From assembly GCA_000320545.1 (NCBI GenBank), contig ADNK01001316.1, forward strand, positions 22,663 to 86,662: DNA of 64,000 nt. Direction: 5' to 3'. A model generated the notes under the pieces. That model worked only from the letters and a program-made list of their open reading frames with translations, was not told the origin of the DNA and did no database searches. Below, piece after piece: positions 26,151 to 38,479 of this stretch (the stretch's first letter is position 1; the number at the start of each line of letters is the position of its first letter). The translations under genes and the position numbers were made by a program. This DNA is from Bigelowiella natans CCMP2755. Taxonomy: Eukaryota; Protista; Cercozoa.

Positions 26151-26471
26151 TTAGTAAATTGCCCGCTAACTACTGCTATATTCAGAAACACAATGAACAC
26201 TAGCCATATGAAGCATAGTTTTTTTTTGTACTACATGCATATTCTGTCTCATACCCATCATACAATGGCGGCGCATGAATTTACATTATAGCTATGCAAA
26301 ATATCACTAGGTGCGCAAAAGTAAGGCATCGTTGTTTCATGAGAAAACAATCTAGCCTGCTGACGACCACAGAGTTACGAGTCTAAAATTTAGCGTGATA
26401 ATAGCATTTTCATTAATAAATAAATGTCGCAAGAAATTAAGTTGTTTTGTAACAGAGAGGTTCGGCTTGAG

Positions 26472-27389
26472 CTAAATAATATTCTGTACTGATCTTTGAC
26501 GAACTTCAGATCCACCAAGTTTTACATCGCCATCTTCTTTTCTTCTCCTTTTTTTGCAAAACCCACAGGTAACTCTGTTCGTCTGGCTGACGAGTGGGTC
26601 CTTCTCGTCATCATCACCAGCATATTTGACCTGTATTGAATGAAAGGAACGTCACGACGGGTTGGGAAGGCGCGCGTTCTGACACTAAAGATACTGCCGC
26701 TACCTCTTCAAATATCTGTTTTTTGTAGGCTTTTGTTCGCTCCGGGTCCAGAAAGTAGTTTATCACCATGTCACACACCAAAGTTGCTACGCCTAATAAA
26801 CCTAAGAGCGATAGGGGATGCAGCACGGAGGCAGCAAATTGTCAGATTACTGCTTTTGTTATGGCAGATAACGGCACATCGCTATGAGCACGCAGACATT
26901 CTGCCATTGTCTGGCAGGTGGGTTTGCTGCAAAGTATTCATGAGAAAACAGCGAAGCGGTGGGGGGGGGGGGGACGCCACGGCTGCAATAAGTAATACGA
27001 GCAATGACGAACCTGCTCCCGCGCCGAGGGTGACAAGAAGAGCTACCGGGTCAAACTTTCCAGCTTGCCCAGAAAATCCGAAGATGAATCGCAGGCCATA
27101 CCTGGATATATCCACGCCAGCGGAACGCAACAGCATGCCAACATTGATGAGAGGACACCGACGACGAGCAAATCGATACGCTCTCCAACGCGCACGCTGC
27201 CGGCTCAAACAGAGGCATGTTGCCACGCAGCTGAGATGCGGCGGGGGGAAGGATGGCCATACCGTTTCTTGAGGTTTCGTTCGGTTGCGGTCGTGTGCGA
27301 GTCCGTCGTGTACCTAAGATGATGACGACGACAACAATTGCAACTGCCATGAGGAGAACGATGACAATGGCTTCTTCGACGGCGTGGAA

Positions 27390-27430
<41 letters not shown>

Positions 27431-28651
27431 ATCCATGAGGTTGGATGCTGGATGAGGATCATACGTTGCTTCTCGATAGTTGAATCCGTAACTTGCAGAT
27501 CCCGGTATGTCTAGTCGAGACATTTTCACGTCCGGCATGCACTCTGTATGTTATTGCGACTATTATCATCATTTGCAGAAGTTGAAAAGAAGTAGTGCGG
27601 ATTGTCGTCGTGGAGGCTCGTTAGCGTTTAACGTTTCCGAAAAGAGGCACTCATGACTCAAAAAAGATATTGATCATAATGAATATACTGCAACATGGAG
27701 GACAACCGAAGTTATCTCTGCATGAAGGAGGGGGGAAACAGCACATCGCCCTGTTATCGATATAGCCTAGAACGTATGATCTTGGCATATTTTATGTTAT
27801 TACTGACTCGTTGGATCGTCCAGGTTGCAATCGAAGTGAAAATTCACGGCAAACACACCACCTGAGAGATCATCAGTCGGAGATACGACGAATCCAAATA
27901 TCAGATGCGGTACATGACAAACGTGACATGTAGCGTGCGCGCGTTTATATATATAGCAGGCAGTCATCTCGTTTTGCCGGCTCGATCGTGGAGACCATTG
28001 TTTTTACATGATATATCGGTAATTGGCTGTTGGCTGCCCGCTTGTGTTCCGCACTCTTCTACACCTACACGCATCCTATCTAATATGACCTTTCGCAGCG
28101 GTTGCATTGTAGCTGTACCCGGTTTTCTTTAAGATGTCTTCTACTTTGAACAGATTCTTTCCGAGCTCGATCTCGTCTCTTGCATTGGAGTAAGACGCAC
28201 CGAATTTGGGGAACTTCACATCGGATCGGAGCAGAATTGTCCAGTCCCCGATGTTGTTTATGATGTTTCCCTTGTACTCTAGAAGTAGCATAACGGCAGC
28301 AGCAGCAGCAACAACAACAACAACACAGCAGCAGCAGTAGAGGCGGAGCAAAGGGAAGAGAAAATTTGCGATTAAACTCTAGACGAAGGACTCTGACGTA
28401 TTATGAAGCGGGTTCTGGCTGTGTGCTATTAGGAAGTACGAGATATGCCATGGAAGAATAAGTGAACGCTACTACTGCTGCTGCTGCTACTACTACTACA
28501 ATAACAACAACTACTTTTATTAATATTCTCCACGGGGCACCAGCCTTCAACTTCGCAATATTGAGAATTTGGGAAACATCGCCCAGTCAGCCTCCCGTTG
28601 TCCGTAAACTAAGAGTTTATCACAGAGATGAGGCGACATCAATACTCTTGC

Positions 28652-28688
<37 letters not shown>

Positions 28689-29784
28689 GAATTCTTTTTT
28701 TTAGACTAAGAGGAAGATGATTAACTACGCCTTCTTCAGAGATTGTGAGCGATCATCATCATCATATATCACCTTCCCCATCTCGCATCCCTTGCTGCAG
28801 AGGCCGTCATCTTCAGATCCATTACATATCTCTGTGGTAATAACACCAGCAAGCAGCAGCAGAGGGAGGGGGAGGAGGACGAGGACAAAATGAAATGATC
28901 ATCCTTACTATCAGCGCTCCTATGAACGCTCCGGGATGATATGACAATAATTTATCGAATAAACATGCGCATCAGCGGCAGCAACCCGTGACCTCTTCAT
29001 TTGGTCGCACATATTACCTCGAGTCTGGTTACTTGTTAACCAGTAGTTGGTTGTAATGAAGAGCTCCCCCGGTTGAATGGCCGGTACCACCTGAGTAAAA
29101 TTGTGGAGGAATCAATGCTGGCTAAGTAACATCGTGAAACGGGCAGCGGCATTATGCCAGGGAAATTAGAAGTTGAAAGAAGGTGCGGTAGCAAGTCGGT
29201 CGCAGCATCGATCACATCTCCATGTAAACGAATATACTGTTCCGTGTACCAGATCGTAAGAGTCGAATATCATTCCTGTATTAGAGATACCAGACCCCTT
29301 TACCTGAGGTATCATAGGACACACGATGAAGCCTATGTGACTAATATTTCATGAAACGTTCTTATTTTCATCGTACGGCGGTTACGGACGGCACATGCAA
29401 CAACTGTGATTGAACGTACTTTGAGAGTTGCTGTTCCTTGGACTTCATCAAAAGTCTGTTCAACAACGTTTAATTAAAAAATAGAAGGCAGCAAAATTAT
29501 TGACAAATCTGCCGATTCGACGCAGTGCATTGCGGCAACAGCAAACATAATCACTAAGTGTGCGCAGTCGCTCTTTTAACCTGGTAGCCCTTGTGTAGCC
29601 AAACTGATACGAGCGACACGTAGGTCAAAATCGAGAAAATTAGCGTGTAGTGAAGGAGCGCAAGGCATGTATTCGGTATTTGCGCAAAGCGCACCTACAT
29701 AGGAACAGAAGCATCGTTTTGAGGACCCAAAAATATCATGTGCTTTTCTAGAATCGCCCATACCGTGTTATACATGAGTCCCAT
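26472..29784 (-). CDS. P2X: P2X purinergic receptor (ATP-gated cation channel)
   Basis: MYNT|VRFAQI...SILTYVSLVSVWLHKGYQ (TM1), TATLK|VKG, IFDSYDL, PAIQPGELFITTN...NQTRG, GRLTGRC...CEVEGWCPVE, WTILLRSDVKFPKFG, GFNYREATY, RNLKKRYG, FIFGFSGQAGKFDPVALLVTLGAGA|GLLGVATLVCD (TM2), YKKQIFEE. C-terminal end approximate. Confidence 0.93.
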
Positions 29785-30578
29785 CTTAGGCTTTGAGAGT
29801 CTGAATGAATCAAGAGTTTTAAGAATCGACTCAACTTACCATCCATGAATTTTCGAGTGAGTCCATATCATCTCACTTCAAAAACCAGGGTGGAAACTAT
29901 GGCAAGATTGGTACATTAATGAATCCTAGATTTATGCGCTATCTTGCTTATCTTGCTTCTATGCTACCGTTCTGTTTCGGGTGGGGCACGACGCTGATCA
30001 GTGAGAGAGTAGTTTGTGATTTTAATTATATTTTTATGGTAAGTTGCATGTCGTTTCATCAAAATGATGGAGATTTCCTTGCATTTCATTCGTATTATAG
30101 TTTTATTTGCCCGAAAATAATACCAGAGATAATAGTTAAACTACGCTCGTGCAGTTTCAAATTTTAAAAAATTCAAACAAACATCCTACGCTTTGATCGG
30201 AAAAACGCTCTAAACAGTCGAAATTACGAAGAGTAAAGATACAAGAAGTCGCAGAATTAAAATAAGCGCCGATCTGCACTGACGACACCTTGTCTAACCT
30301 TTCATCAACTCGGATAAAAAATACATGCAATTTTATTTTGAGACTGTGCAATTTGCTTGTCGGACATGTAAAGCACTATTTCTTGCCGAGAGGTGATTTC
30401 CGATCATCTGGGCAAAATGTCCCTGCCCTTCGTTTTGCAATGAGATGTGCAATGGTTACTCGTGTGCAGTACTCCCGGCCTTCTGGGCTACTCAAGGATG
30501 CATTTGAAAAATACTAGAAGGGCGCACCATAAGATGATCACGAAATTATTTTAGGCAGTGCCGCCAGAGTCAATAGAA

Positions 30579-32889
30579 ATGATGCGACACGGCGCAGCAC
30601 GTGTTCCTCTACTCCTGCTGTTTCTCCTTAACTCAACGACCATGACATCAAAAATCAGCGGCTTCCTTATTTCACATAAAATAGAAGGGAGTGATCCTTT
30701 CCGTTGCAGCCGTAGGGAAGATCCTTTACTTTCAGAGAGAAAATGGCGTCGCAAAGTCCTCGAAAATGCGATAAGCAGCAGATTCGGGCATAAAAGCTCA
30801 TCATCATCGTCGATGGTTGGACCTGGCGGTGAAGAACAACTTGAAGTTGAAGCTTATGTCACCCATTTGACGAATGACCAATACATAAAGGGAGCACAGG
30901 TAGCATGTAATCTTACTCGGTTCTTCTCCGCATCCATCCTCGTCAGTTGAATGGATAAACTGACGGTCTGTTGTATGATGATTGATTCATGATATCTTCC
31001 CGTTGAGGTACTCGCCGAATCACTCAGAGAGGCCGGAGCCACAAGACCTCCACTTGCAATGATTACAGAACAGGTAATAGCATGCTTTATGTGCACGTCC
31101 TCAACGTCAATATAGCGAACCAATATGATCAATCCGATAACCAATAAGGTGAGCGGAGAAGCTCGCAATACTTTGAGAAGTTGTGGATGGACTCTGGTCA
31201 CAGTGCCGGAGTTTGGTGATGGAAGAAAGGATCTGAATTTTTCGCGTGGGTTCTTCACAAAATTGGAGGCATGGCGATTGCCTTGGTAGTTCGCATGTGC
31301 TTTCTCTCGCAGTGCGAAGACTTTCTGATGCGGAACCGTACATTTCTTTGTTTCTCTGCCCATGTTACAAATATCAGCACAAGAGTGATTTATCTGGACA
31401 CGGATATTCTTGCTGTTGGTAACCCTGATGTCCTGTTTGAGCTCGCCCAAGGCGGTTCGCGCCCAGGTGTGAGAAGGACGTATAAACACGCCAACAGGAT
31501 TGTCACAAGCAACTGATGCATTGTTAATATTTCGCGGATGGACTCACTAATACTGAAACCAAAAGCTGTTCATCGATCTTATTTGGTATTACCATTACAG
31601 ATTTTCTCTTTGCTGTCCAAGATAGCCAACCGCACATGCAAGGGTGCTTATTTTTGCCACAAAAAGAAGGGCTTTTGCCTCGTAATGATTCCGTCGGTGT
31701 TGTGTTTGATTGGGTGATGATGACTCAGACATGCGCCTATTCCAAACACTGGAGTGATGGTGTTGAAGCCTGACATAAGAGTTTATGCACGAATAGTTGA
31801 GACTCTTTCAGGTCGCATTCAAACTGCTCTCGAAATAGTCAGATCATGATCGTTATCTTGTTCAAAGCAGCCTCGGCGACTCCTCTTCACGAGATGCCCT
31901 TTTACGAGCAAGGGTAATACAAAGCTATGTGAATTTCTGGGAGTGTATAAATCGACTCGATTGCTACCGTTGATCAGATTCATCGGGAAGTTCTTCGCAG
32001 GGAAATGGGTCCAATTGCCAGCTAAATACAATTTCTGTGTGCGGTACGTGGCAAATGTTTGAAGAGCCTGAGAGTCGTGTTTCGAGCGCATCAGCAATTT
32101 GAGCGTATGGTTAGGTATTTGAATCGTCCTTTGTACCAAGACATTCGTCATCGAGACAATAAGGTTTTTATACATTATGCAAAGGTCGTAGGCACTAACT
32201 CGAATTGTAACTTACAGCTGCGATATATTTTCCATCCATCATTGCCAACTTTCTTACTCATTAACGTGTAGTGCAAACCTTGGGATTTATCACTGCAACG
32301 TATTGTACTGCAAGAGGCACACTCTCAGGTTGGCTTGTTTTGCCTCCCATCTTCCACGTTTTTTATGCTCGCCGCTGTTTCGGCGAACACAGACAAAAAT
32401 GCATGCAAGACGCCTATATTAACGATATATCAAACAGGGATTTGGAAAGGAATATCTAAGATATATTCGAATGTTCACAAATGCTGCTAATCGATACGGA
32501 TATCATCATCTGGTTGATGAGAGAGATGGCGACGGAAGCGGAGTTATAGTGTGGAACGACATTCACGAGGAAGTAATCACGCTAATAACCGTATGGGTTT
32601 GCGTTCTATTCAGTGAAATCGTAATGTCAAGCAGGTACATAATCAGCGGCGTTGGGTAAAGGTTCTAGCATCTCATATACGCTCTGACCTGGAGCTCAAA
32701 CCGCTTCTTCCCTTGTTGCGTGGAGATGTTGGTGGCCCTGGCCCTAAAACCTCTGATGTTCTCGACAGGAAATCGCCCTTGAAGAACTTATTCGTGCAGA
32801 GAAAAAAGAAGGACGTGAATGGGGAGGTATCCCAAAGTGATCGCCGAGAACGAGTCGAAGCATTGTCTGAAGTGCCCGACGCGGACTAA
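30579..32889 (+). CDS. Glycosyltransferase family 8 (glycogenin/galactinol-synthase-like), N-terminal signal anchor
   Basis: EAYVTHLTNDQYIKGAQV, RVIYLDTDILAVGNPDVLFE (DxD), NTGVMVLKPD, WVQLPAKYNF, FIHYAK; hydrophobic N-terminus VPLLLLFLL. 3' end approximate. Confidence 0.8.
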
Positions 32890-33732
32890 GACAAACATAT
32901 GTTTTCCCAGTGTTTTATGTGGAAGTGTATAACGCGAGGCTCGAGGCTCGATCGATACTTGGATGCGTCGTGAAGTATCGTTGCCTAAGAATACTTCGAA
33001 GCTGAATTTAAATGTTGATTCATCACAAAGTAACTCGTCGTCTACATGAACAGCTAGCTGTCGTTTTATATACATAAGCATGGAGTGTGTCCAGTAGATT
33101 GATGTGCATCGATGCCATGCACGCGGGCTGGACATGCGTGCCGCGTGTGTTGTGACATATGTCATGTGCGCGGTGTTGTCTAGCATCAACATGACACAAC
33201 ACACATCTCTCTCCAACTCTCCCCCCCCCTAGCTCCCCCCTCTCTCTCTGCTCTCCCTCTCTTCACCATCTACATGATGTGTAATAGTGCAGGCGTGGAG
33301 AAATATACGTGCTTGTGCAAACTACTAGCGAAGCAATTGAATCAGGTGCATGTATCACAGCATCGTCTAGATCGTGCGCGCACTCAAGAATCGAGCATGC
33401 CAAAACAGCATCTGATGCATGCGATACCTTGCATTCTATTGGTGCTTACGCAGCCATTGCAGCGACGTTCACGGTGGTACATTTTCGTCTGCGCTACCCC
33501 TGCATTGAAGGTCTTATACATGGCACGCACTACTAGCTTGGAATGAAGTTGGTGAATCGCTGTATGTACGTAGGATGCCACTGTACATTTTACCGTGAGG
33601 TGCGTACGTAGCATGTGTCAGGGTTGATATACGTGCATGTGCGTGCTGCCACATATGCATGGCACGAACAGTTTTAACTGCCTGACGGCTGCATGAGCAG
33701 CGAACATTTTAATTGTAATGTTTAAATAAATA

Positions 33733-33772
33733 AGACGGAGCTATGCCGCGACGAAACACATTTCAATGTGAC
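33733..33772 (-). repeat. Degenerate copy of the bipartite element (half-sites only)
   Basis: Reverse complement CATTGAAA...TCCGTCT with the same 30-nt offset between half-sites as copies 2 and 3; the spacer is unrelated. Confidence 0.45.
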
Positions 33773-33882
33773 TACTGACCTCATTCGTCATGATCAACAG
33801 GCTCATATAAAGAGCATGCAGGCTTGGAAACTGTGCCGATTTCGAGCGATTTATGCCTAACACACAGAGCTCGTCAATCCCT

Positions 33883-34713
33883 TCAGACACGACGCGATAA
33901 GACAAGGTACCTTAATACGTGCTGTATTGTCCACAGGCAGCAAAACGGGCTTCCAAGTAGAAGACAACCAGCACACCAGAGGATCCCAACTGCAATAAAT
34001 TCAAAAAGCAGCATTCAATTGTACAACTAAAATAATCCGTGCAGAGAATCATAATTATTACGCCAAAAGGTAATGGTGTAAGAGAGGTGTAAACTAGTTC
34101 TGGGCTACTCATTCCGTATCGCTCGCATTTACGCATGTGCAAGCATGTTAACTCTACCTTTGAATCCTTCCGTATGAAGAATAATTCCACACAGGCATAA
34201 AGCGGCTCCTAAAACAGCCGATGGTAAAAAACATGTTTACTTAATTTGCGTAATTTTTGTCTATTCAGACGCGTGATAATTTAAATTCTAGAAGGCCACG
34301 TTCAAAGCTATTCAGATTCATTTTAAAACATACTTCCATACCATAATAATCGAAGACTGTTGTCACTAGCCAGCTCTGGAGCCATGGAAGGCTTTACCAT
34401 TAAATCATGAGATGGGGGAAATAATTAGACAAGCCCGAGATCAGAATATACTCACGAGTAGGCGTAGAGATGGTTCAGAAAGTTATGATTGCCATCATCG
34501 GTTTGGGAGCGTGCTACCTACCACCTACCTTTCGGAATCGAGAGGGAACAGCGGGTAGGAGTGCAGCGTACGTGCCAGGATGATGGTGAAAAACACCCCA
34601 TATATCGCGTAGATAGCAGCAACTGAGTACGTAGTAAGAGGCGATAGTTGCACGAAGTTTTTGCCTCCCATTGATGCGATGTGGGGCTGTACACTGTTAG
34701 CCGAGGCTTCCAT
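33883..34713 (-). CDS. DUF1475-like small multi-pass membrane protein
   Basis: Spliced YAIYGVFFTIILARTLHSYPLFP, WLVTTVFDYYG, LCGIILHTEG, VGILWCAGCLLLGSPFCCLWTIQHVL. Resembles from memory the DUF1475 pattern W-x-x-ATL-x-DFY ... LW-x-x-x-x-x-x-GS-x-x-x-C. Stop TGA 33883-33885. Confidence 0.55.
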
Positions 34714-35144
34714 GAACGCGGATGTGGAGAGAGGAGTGGTGCTCGAAGTGTGGTTGCTGTCCACGCGACGGTGGGTACGGGGGAACCACGACGTACGACA
34801 ATCCAAAACTGCCCAAAACATGAAAAAGCGTAGGTGATTTTGAAGTTACCGTGCCGATTTCATTAAGACGACATTGAAATTATCTTGTCGTAGAATAAAA
34901 AACGAATGCGGTTTTAGACGATGATGATGGTGCGTCAAATCACGAACACGGGAGAGCTTCACTGCTTCTCTTGGATCACTCCTCCAACCACTGCTACTCT
35001 TATCGATCGATCGACGAGTGCTCTTCCCTCTCCTACACGAATACGTAACGATATTCGAGCTGCTGCAGAGAGCATCCTTCGAAGAAACTCTTAGGAATCT
35101 TCTGCTCCTGGCCGCCGCCTTGCCTCTTTGACCTGTTGCGAAGG

Positions 35145-36313
35145 ATGATGTCTGTCTTCAACAGTCGCTCCGCCGTTTATGTTGTTGCCATGGTCGTGTG
35201 CCTGGCAGTCGCCGGAATAAACATAATGGCCTCTCCCCATGGTGGAAGTGGAAGGTTAAAAACGTCTATCTTTATTTATTTCATGAATAGGAATTCACCA
35301 TCCGTAACCATTAGAAATTTGGGGAATATGGTGTCATCAAAATGCAGTGCAAAATCGTCGCTTTGCCGGCGAAGTATCTCATCAAGAACCCCAGCTGGTC
35401 TCTCTTTGTCATATTCGTCTCTTCAAGCTTCTCGTTACTCCTCTAGCCAGCAAACCTCCTTAACGAGGTGCAGCGCTACATTGTCCCCAGGTGCAGTTGA
35501 CAGATGAGTACGTCGTTGATGTGTGTATATGTGAATCTAATCGTTCCACCTCTATTACCCACAGGAGACTTGGTTCTAGTGACCGGTAGTACTGGCGGCG
35601 TTGGACAGCTGGTTACAGCAAATTTACTTCAGAAGGTCGGTTGAGAATCTGCGGTGATTTCGTCATATCATTGTACTTTTTTTTGCAATGGCCGCTGCGG
35701 CAGTAGTTAGTAAGAGAAACGTATAATGTCGACCCTCTTTCTCCACTTTTATCAGGGCTTTAGAGTTCGTGCGGTTACGCGAAGCGAAGAGAGAGGGAAA
35801 CAACTATTCGGCGAGGCGGAAAACTTGGAGGTTGTACCTCCTTCATCACTCTTACAATCACATTTCCACCAACCACGGAGTAGTCCACATATCTAGTCGC
35901 GCACGGAAGGGGGAGGAAGGATGGAGAGAGGAAAGGATGATGGAATTAGAGGAGGAAGTGAAGGAAGTGTACATTGTATCACTGATTCTGTTGGCAGGTG
36001 GTTGTCGCAGACCAGCGAGATGCTGAATCTATCAGTGCTGCTATGGATGGAGTAGATGGTGTAGTCTCATGCTCCGGAACAACGGCATTTCCTTCAAAAA
36101 GATGGGATGGGAATAATGGCCCCGAAATGACTGACAAAGTAGTGCTGCGTATGATTCTGCGTTCATCCGAAACCACTATTTGATCTGACGAGGTATCGAT
36201 GATGAAACAAACAATTATTAGGTGGGGCTGCACAACCTCATTGACGCCGCAAAATCGCATTCAGACAAAATAAAGAGATTTCTTCTGGTAGACCATTGAA
36301 ACTGATAAATTGG

Positions 36314-36359
<46 letters not shown>

Positions 36360-37740
36360 TCTATATTGTCCTTGACTGGACATCATGTGGTTGATTCCCC
36401 AATGATTAATATATCTACATGTTCGGTAGATTTTTGTAGCTGGTAGGTATAGGTAGTAAGATTGTAAAGACCTCCCCCCCCCCCTCTTACCCTATCATCC
36501 AAATGTTTCAAGAAGTGGCATTCATATCGGAAAAAAAAATTCTCTTCCCCCCATCATCACCCAAAGGTTTCGAGCACTGGCGTTGTGCGTCGCAAGCAGT
36601 TCCCATTTGTCATTATGAACGCCTTCGGAGTCTTAGACTACAAGAAACTCAGCGAAGAGGTATGGTGATACGCTGCTACTGCCATGCAATAATGACGATA
36701 ATCATGGGGAGGAGGAGGAGGAGGAGGAGGAGGAGGAGGAGGAGGGACGTTGGCGCTATGCTGCCGATTATCATTTACACCTCACCAAATAACAACACGA
36801 ACAACGAGGGAACACCCATCCTTCGCTGCCTCTTTTCTGATCATTCACAACTGTTGTTCCCCCCCCTTCTCGCTGCAAAGTACTTGGAAGGATCTGGTTT
36901 GCCATACACCATCGTTCGTCCCGGTCGTTTGACAGACGGTATGCTACTACATAGAATCTTCACACATCTTCCCACTACTCCTACATGATAATGAGAAACG
37001 AATGACTACTACCACGAGCCCACGAGCATCGTTAGCTGTATGAGAATTCAGACGATTGCATTAACGCATTGATGTGCTGTTACATCCCCAAAAGGACCGT
37101 ATACATCTTACGACCTGAACACCCTCCTACGCGCCACGAGTGGTTCCCGCAAAAACGTGGAGATGTCGCGAGAGTACGTGAGCACACGCAGCTGAGCATC
37201 GTCAACCGTAGTCGCCGTCGACAATGCAAAACCATCTATTAGTGTACATGGAGTAGGTGACACGAATAAAAAATATAAACTATGCGTTTGCTCTCTTGCT
37301 CCATGCTTCATGATTTGTTGCGTTGTGTTTTTGATAGCGACGTCTTAAATGGGGAAATGTCGCGGATTACCCTAGCCGAGGCAGTCTCACAAGCAATTCA
37401 ACTGCCGTGCACAGAGGTAGTAGTTAACATCTCCCCCAAGGATAGCACTGGGATTGATGATCATAAATTCAACAACAGCAACAACAACAACAACAACACA
37501 ATAACAACAGCCAAGCCCTGTATTTTCCGTCATCGTTAGCATCGTTATTATAACCGTTATCATTATTGTTATCATAACAAACAGGGTATGCATGTAAGTA
37601 TGATGTCGCGAGAAGGTGAAGGCCCTGGCAGTCAGGTAGTTTGAATCTTTGAGGGTGTTACAAAATAGCATTATTTCAATTGCAATACTTATCTGTTTTA
37701 GTCCAACCTGTGGGAAGAATTATATCAGCAGCAACAGTGA
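35145..37740 (+). CDS. NAD(P)-binding atypical SDR (NAD_binding_10 type) with signal-peptide-led presequence, probably plastid-targeted
   Basis: N-terminal hydrophobic AVYVVAMVVCLAVAGINIMA followed by an S/R-rich segment. Core motifs LVLVTGSTGGVGQLVTANL, GVVSCSGTTAFPSKRW, VGLHNLIDAA, NAFGVLDYKK, SGLPYTIVRPGRLTDG, LNGEMSRITLAEA. Stop TGA 37738-37740. Confidence 0.85.
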
Positions 37741-38479
37741 GCTTCGTAAACCTCTCGAAGGGATCAAAATTTGTAACAAAAATGCCAAGAAGAGGGAGGT
37801 TCGTGCTGAGGTTTGGAACGTTTTTTATCACTACTTCACTGCTACTATAGGGACATATATGTCCATATACGTGTAGACGTCTACGACATGTGTACATCAC
37901 GTACTTCACATGTACCTGTAGCTACACGTGTGCCAAATAATGGCGCTCATATGAGCATGTGTGCTTTTTAGTACACATGGTGTGCATGGGTACATGTGTT
38001 CCTTACGCGTACACGTATAGGGACATATCTAGACATGTGTCCATGTACTACAGTAGTACGATTGACAAAATTTTGCTACATTCATCGATTAGCGCGTCAA
38101 GTATCGTGGTAAGAAAGAGTGTATTTGCTAGCCAACAAGCGTACTAGCTAGCTAGTCTGTGCCAGTTTGCATGCATGCTCGGCTCGGCGCATGCATCATC
38201 ATCATTGTGCATCATCAGTCATGCTAGCATGCCACACGCTAGATCTAGCTCGCGCGCGCGTAGCAGGGGTTCATGGCGCCGCAAGCAAGGCGTTTCATCA
38301 TCACAGTTGACAATGTTGCATCGCATGTGTATGACCGCAGGGGCAAACATGCATTGACCGCACGCACATGTTGTCCATGCATGCATGACAAAAATCAAGC
38401 CAGCGCATGCATCATAGTGAATGCTCCAGTAGATTCCGAGATAGAACGTTTCATTCGTTTGCGTTATGAAAAATGTTCA

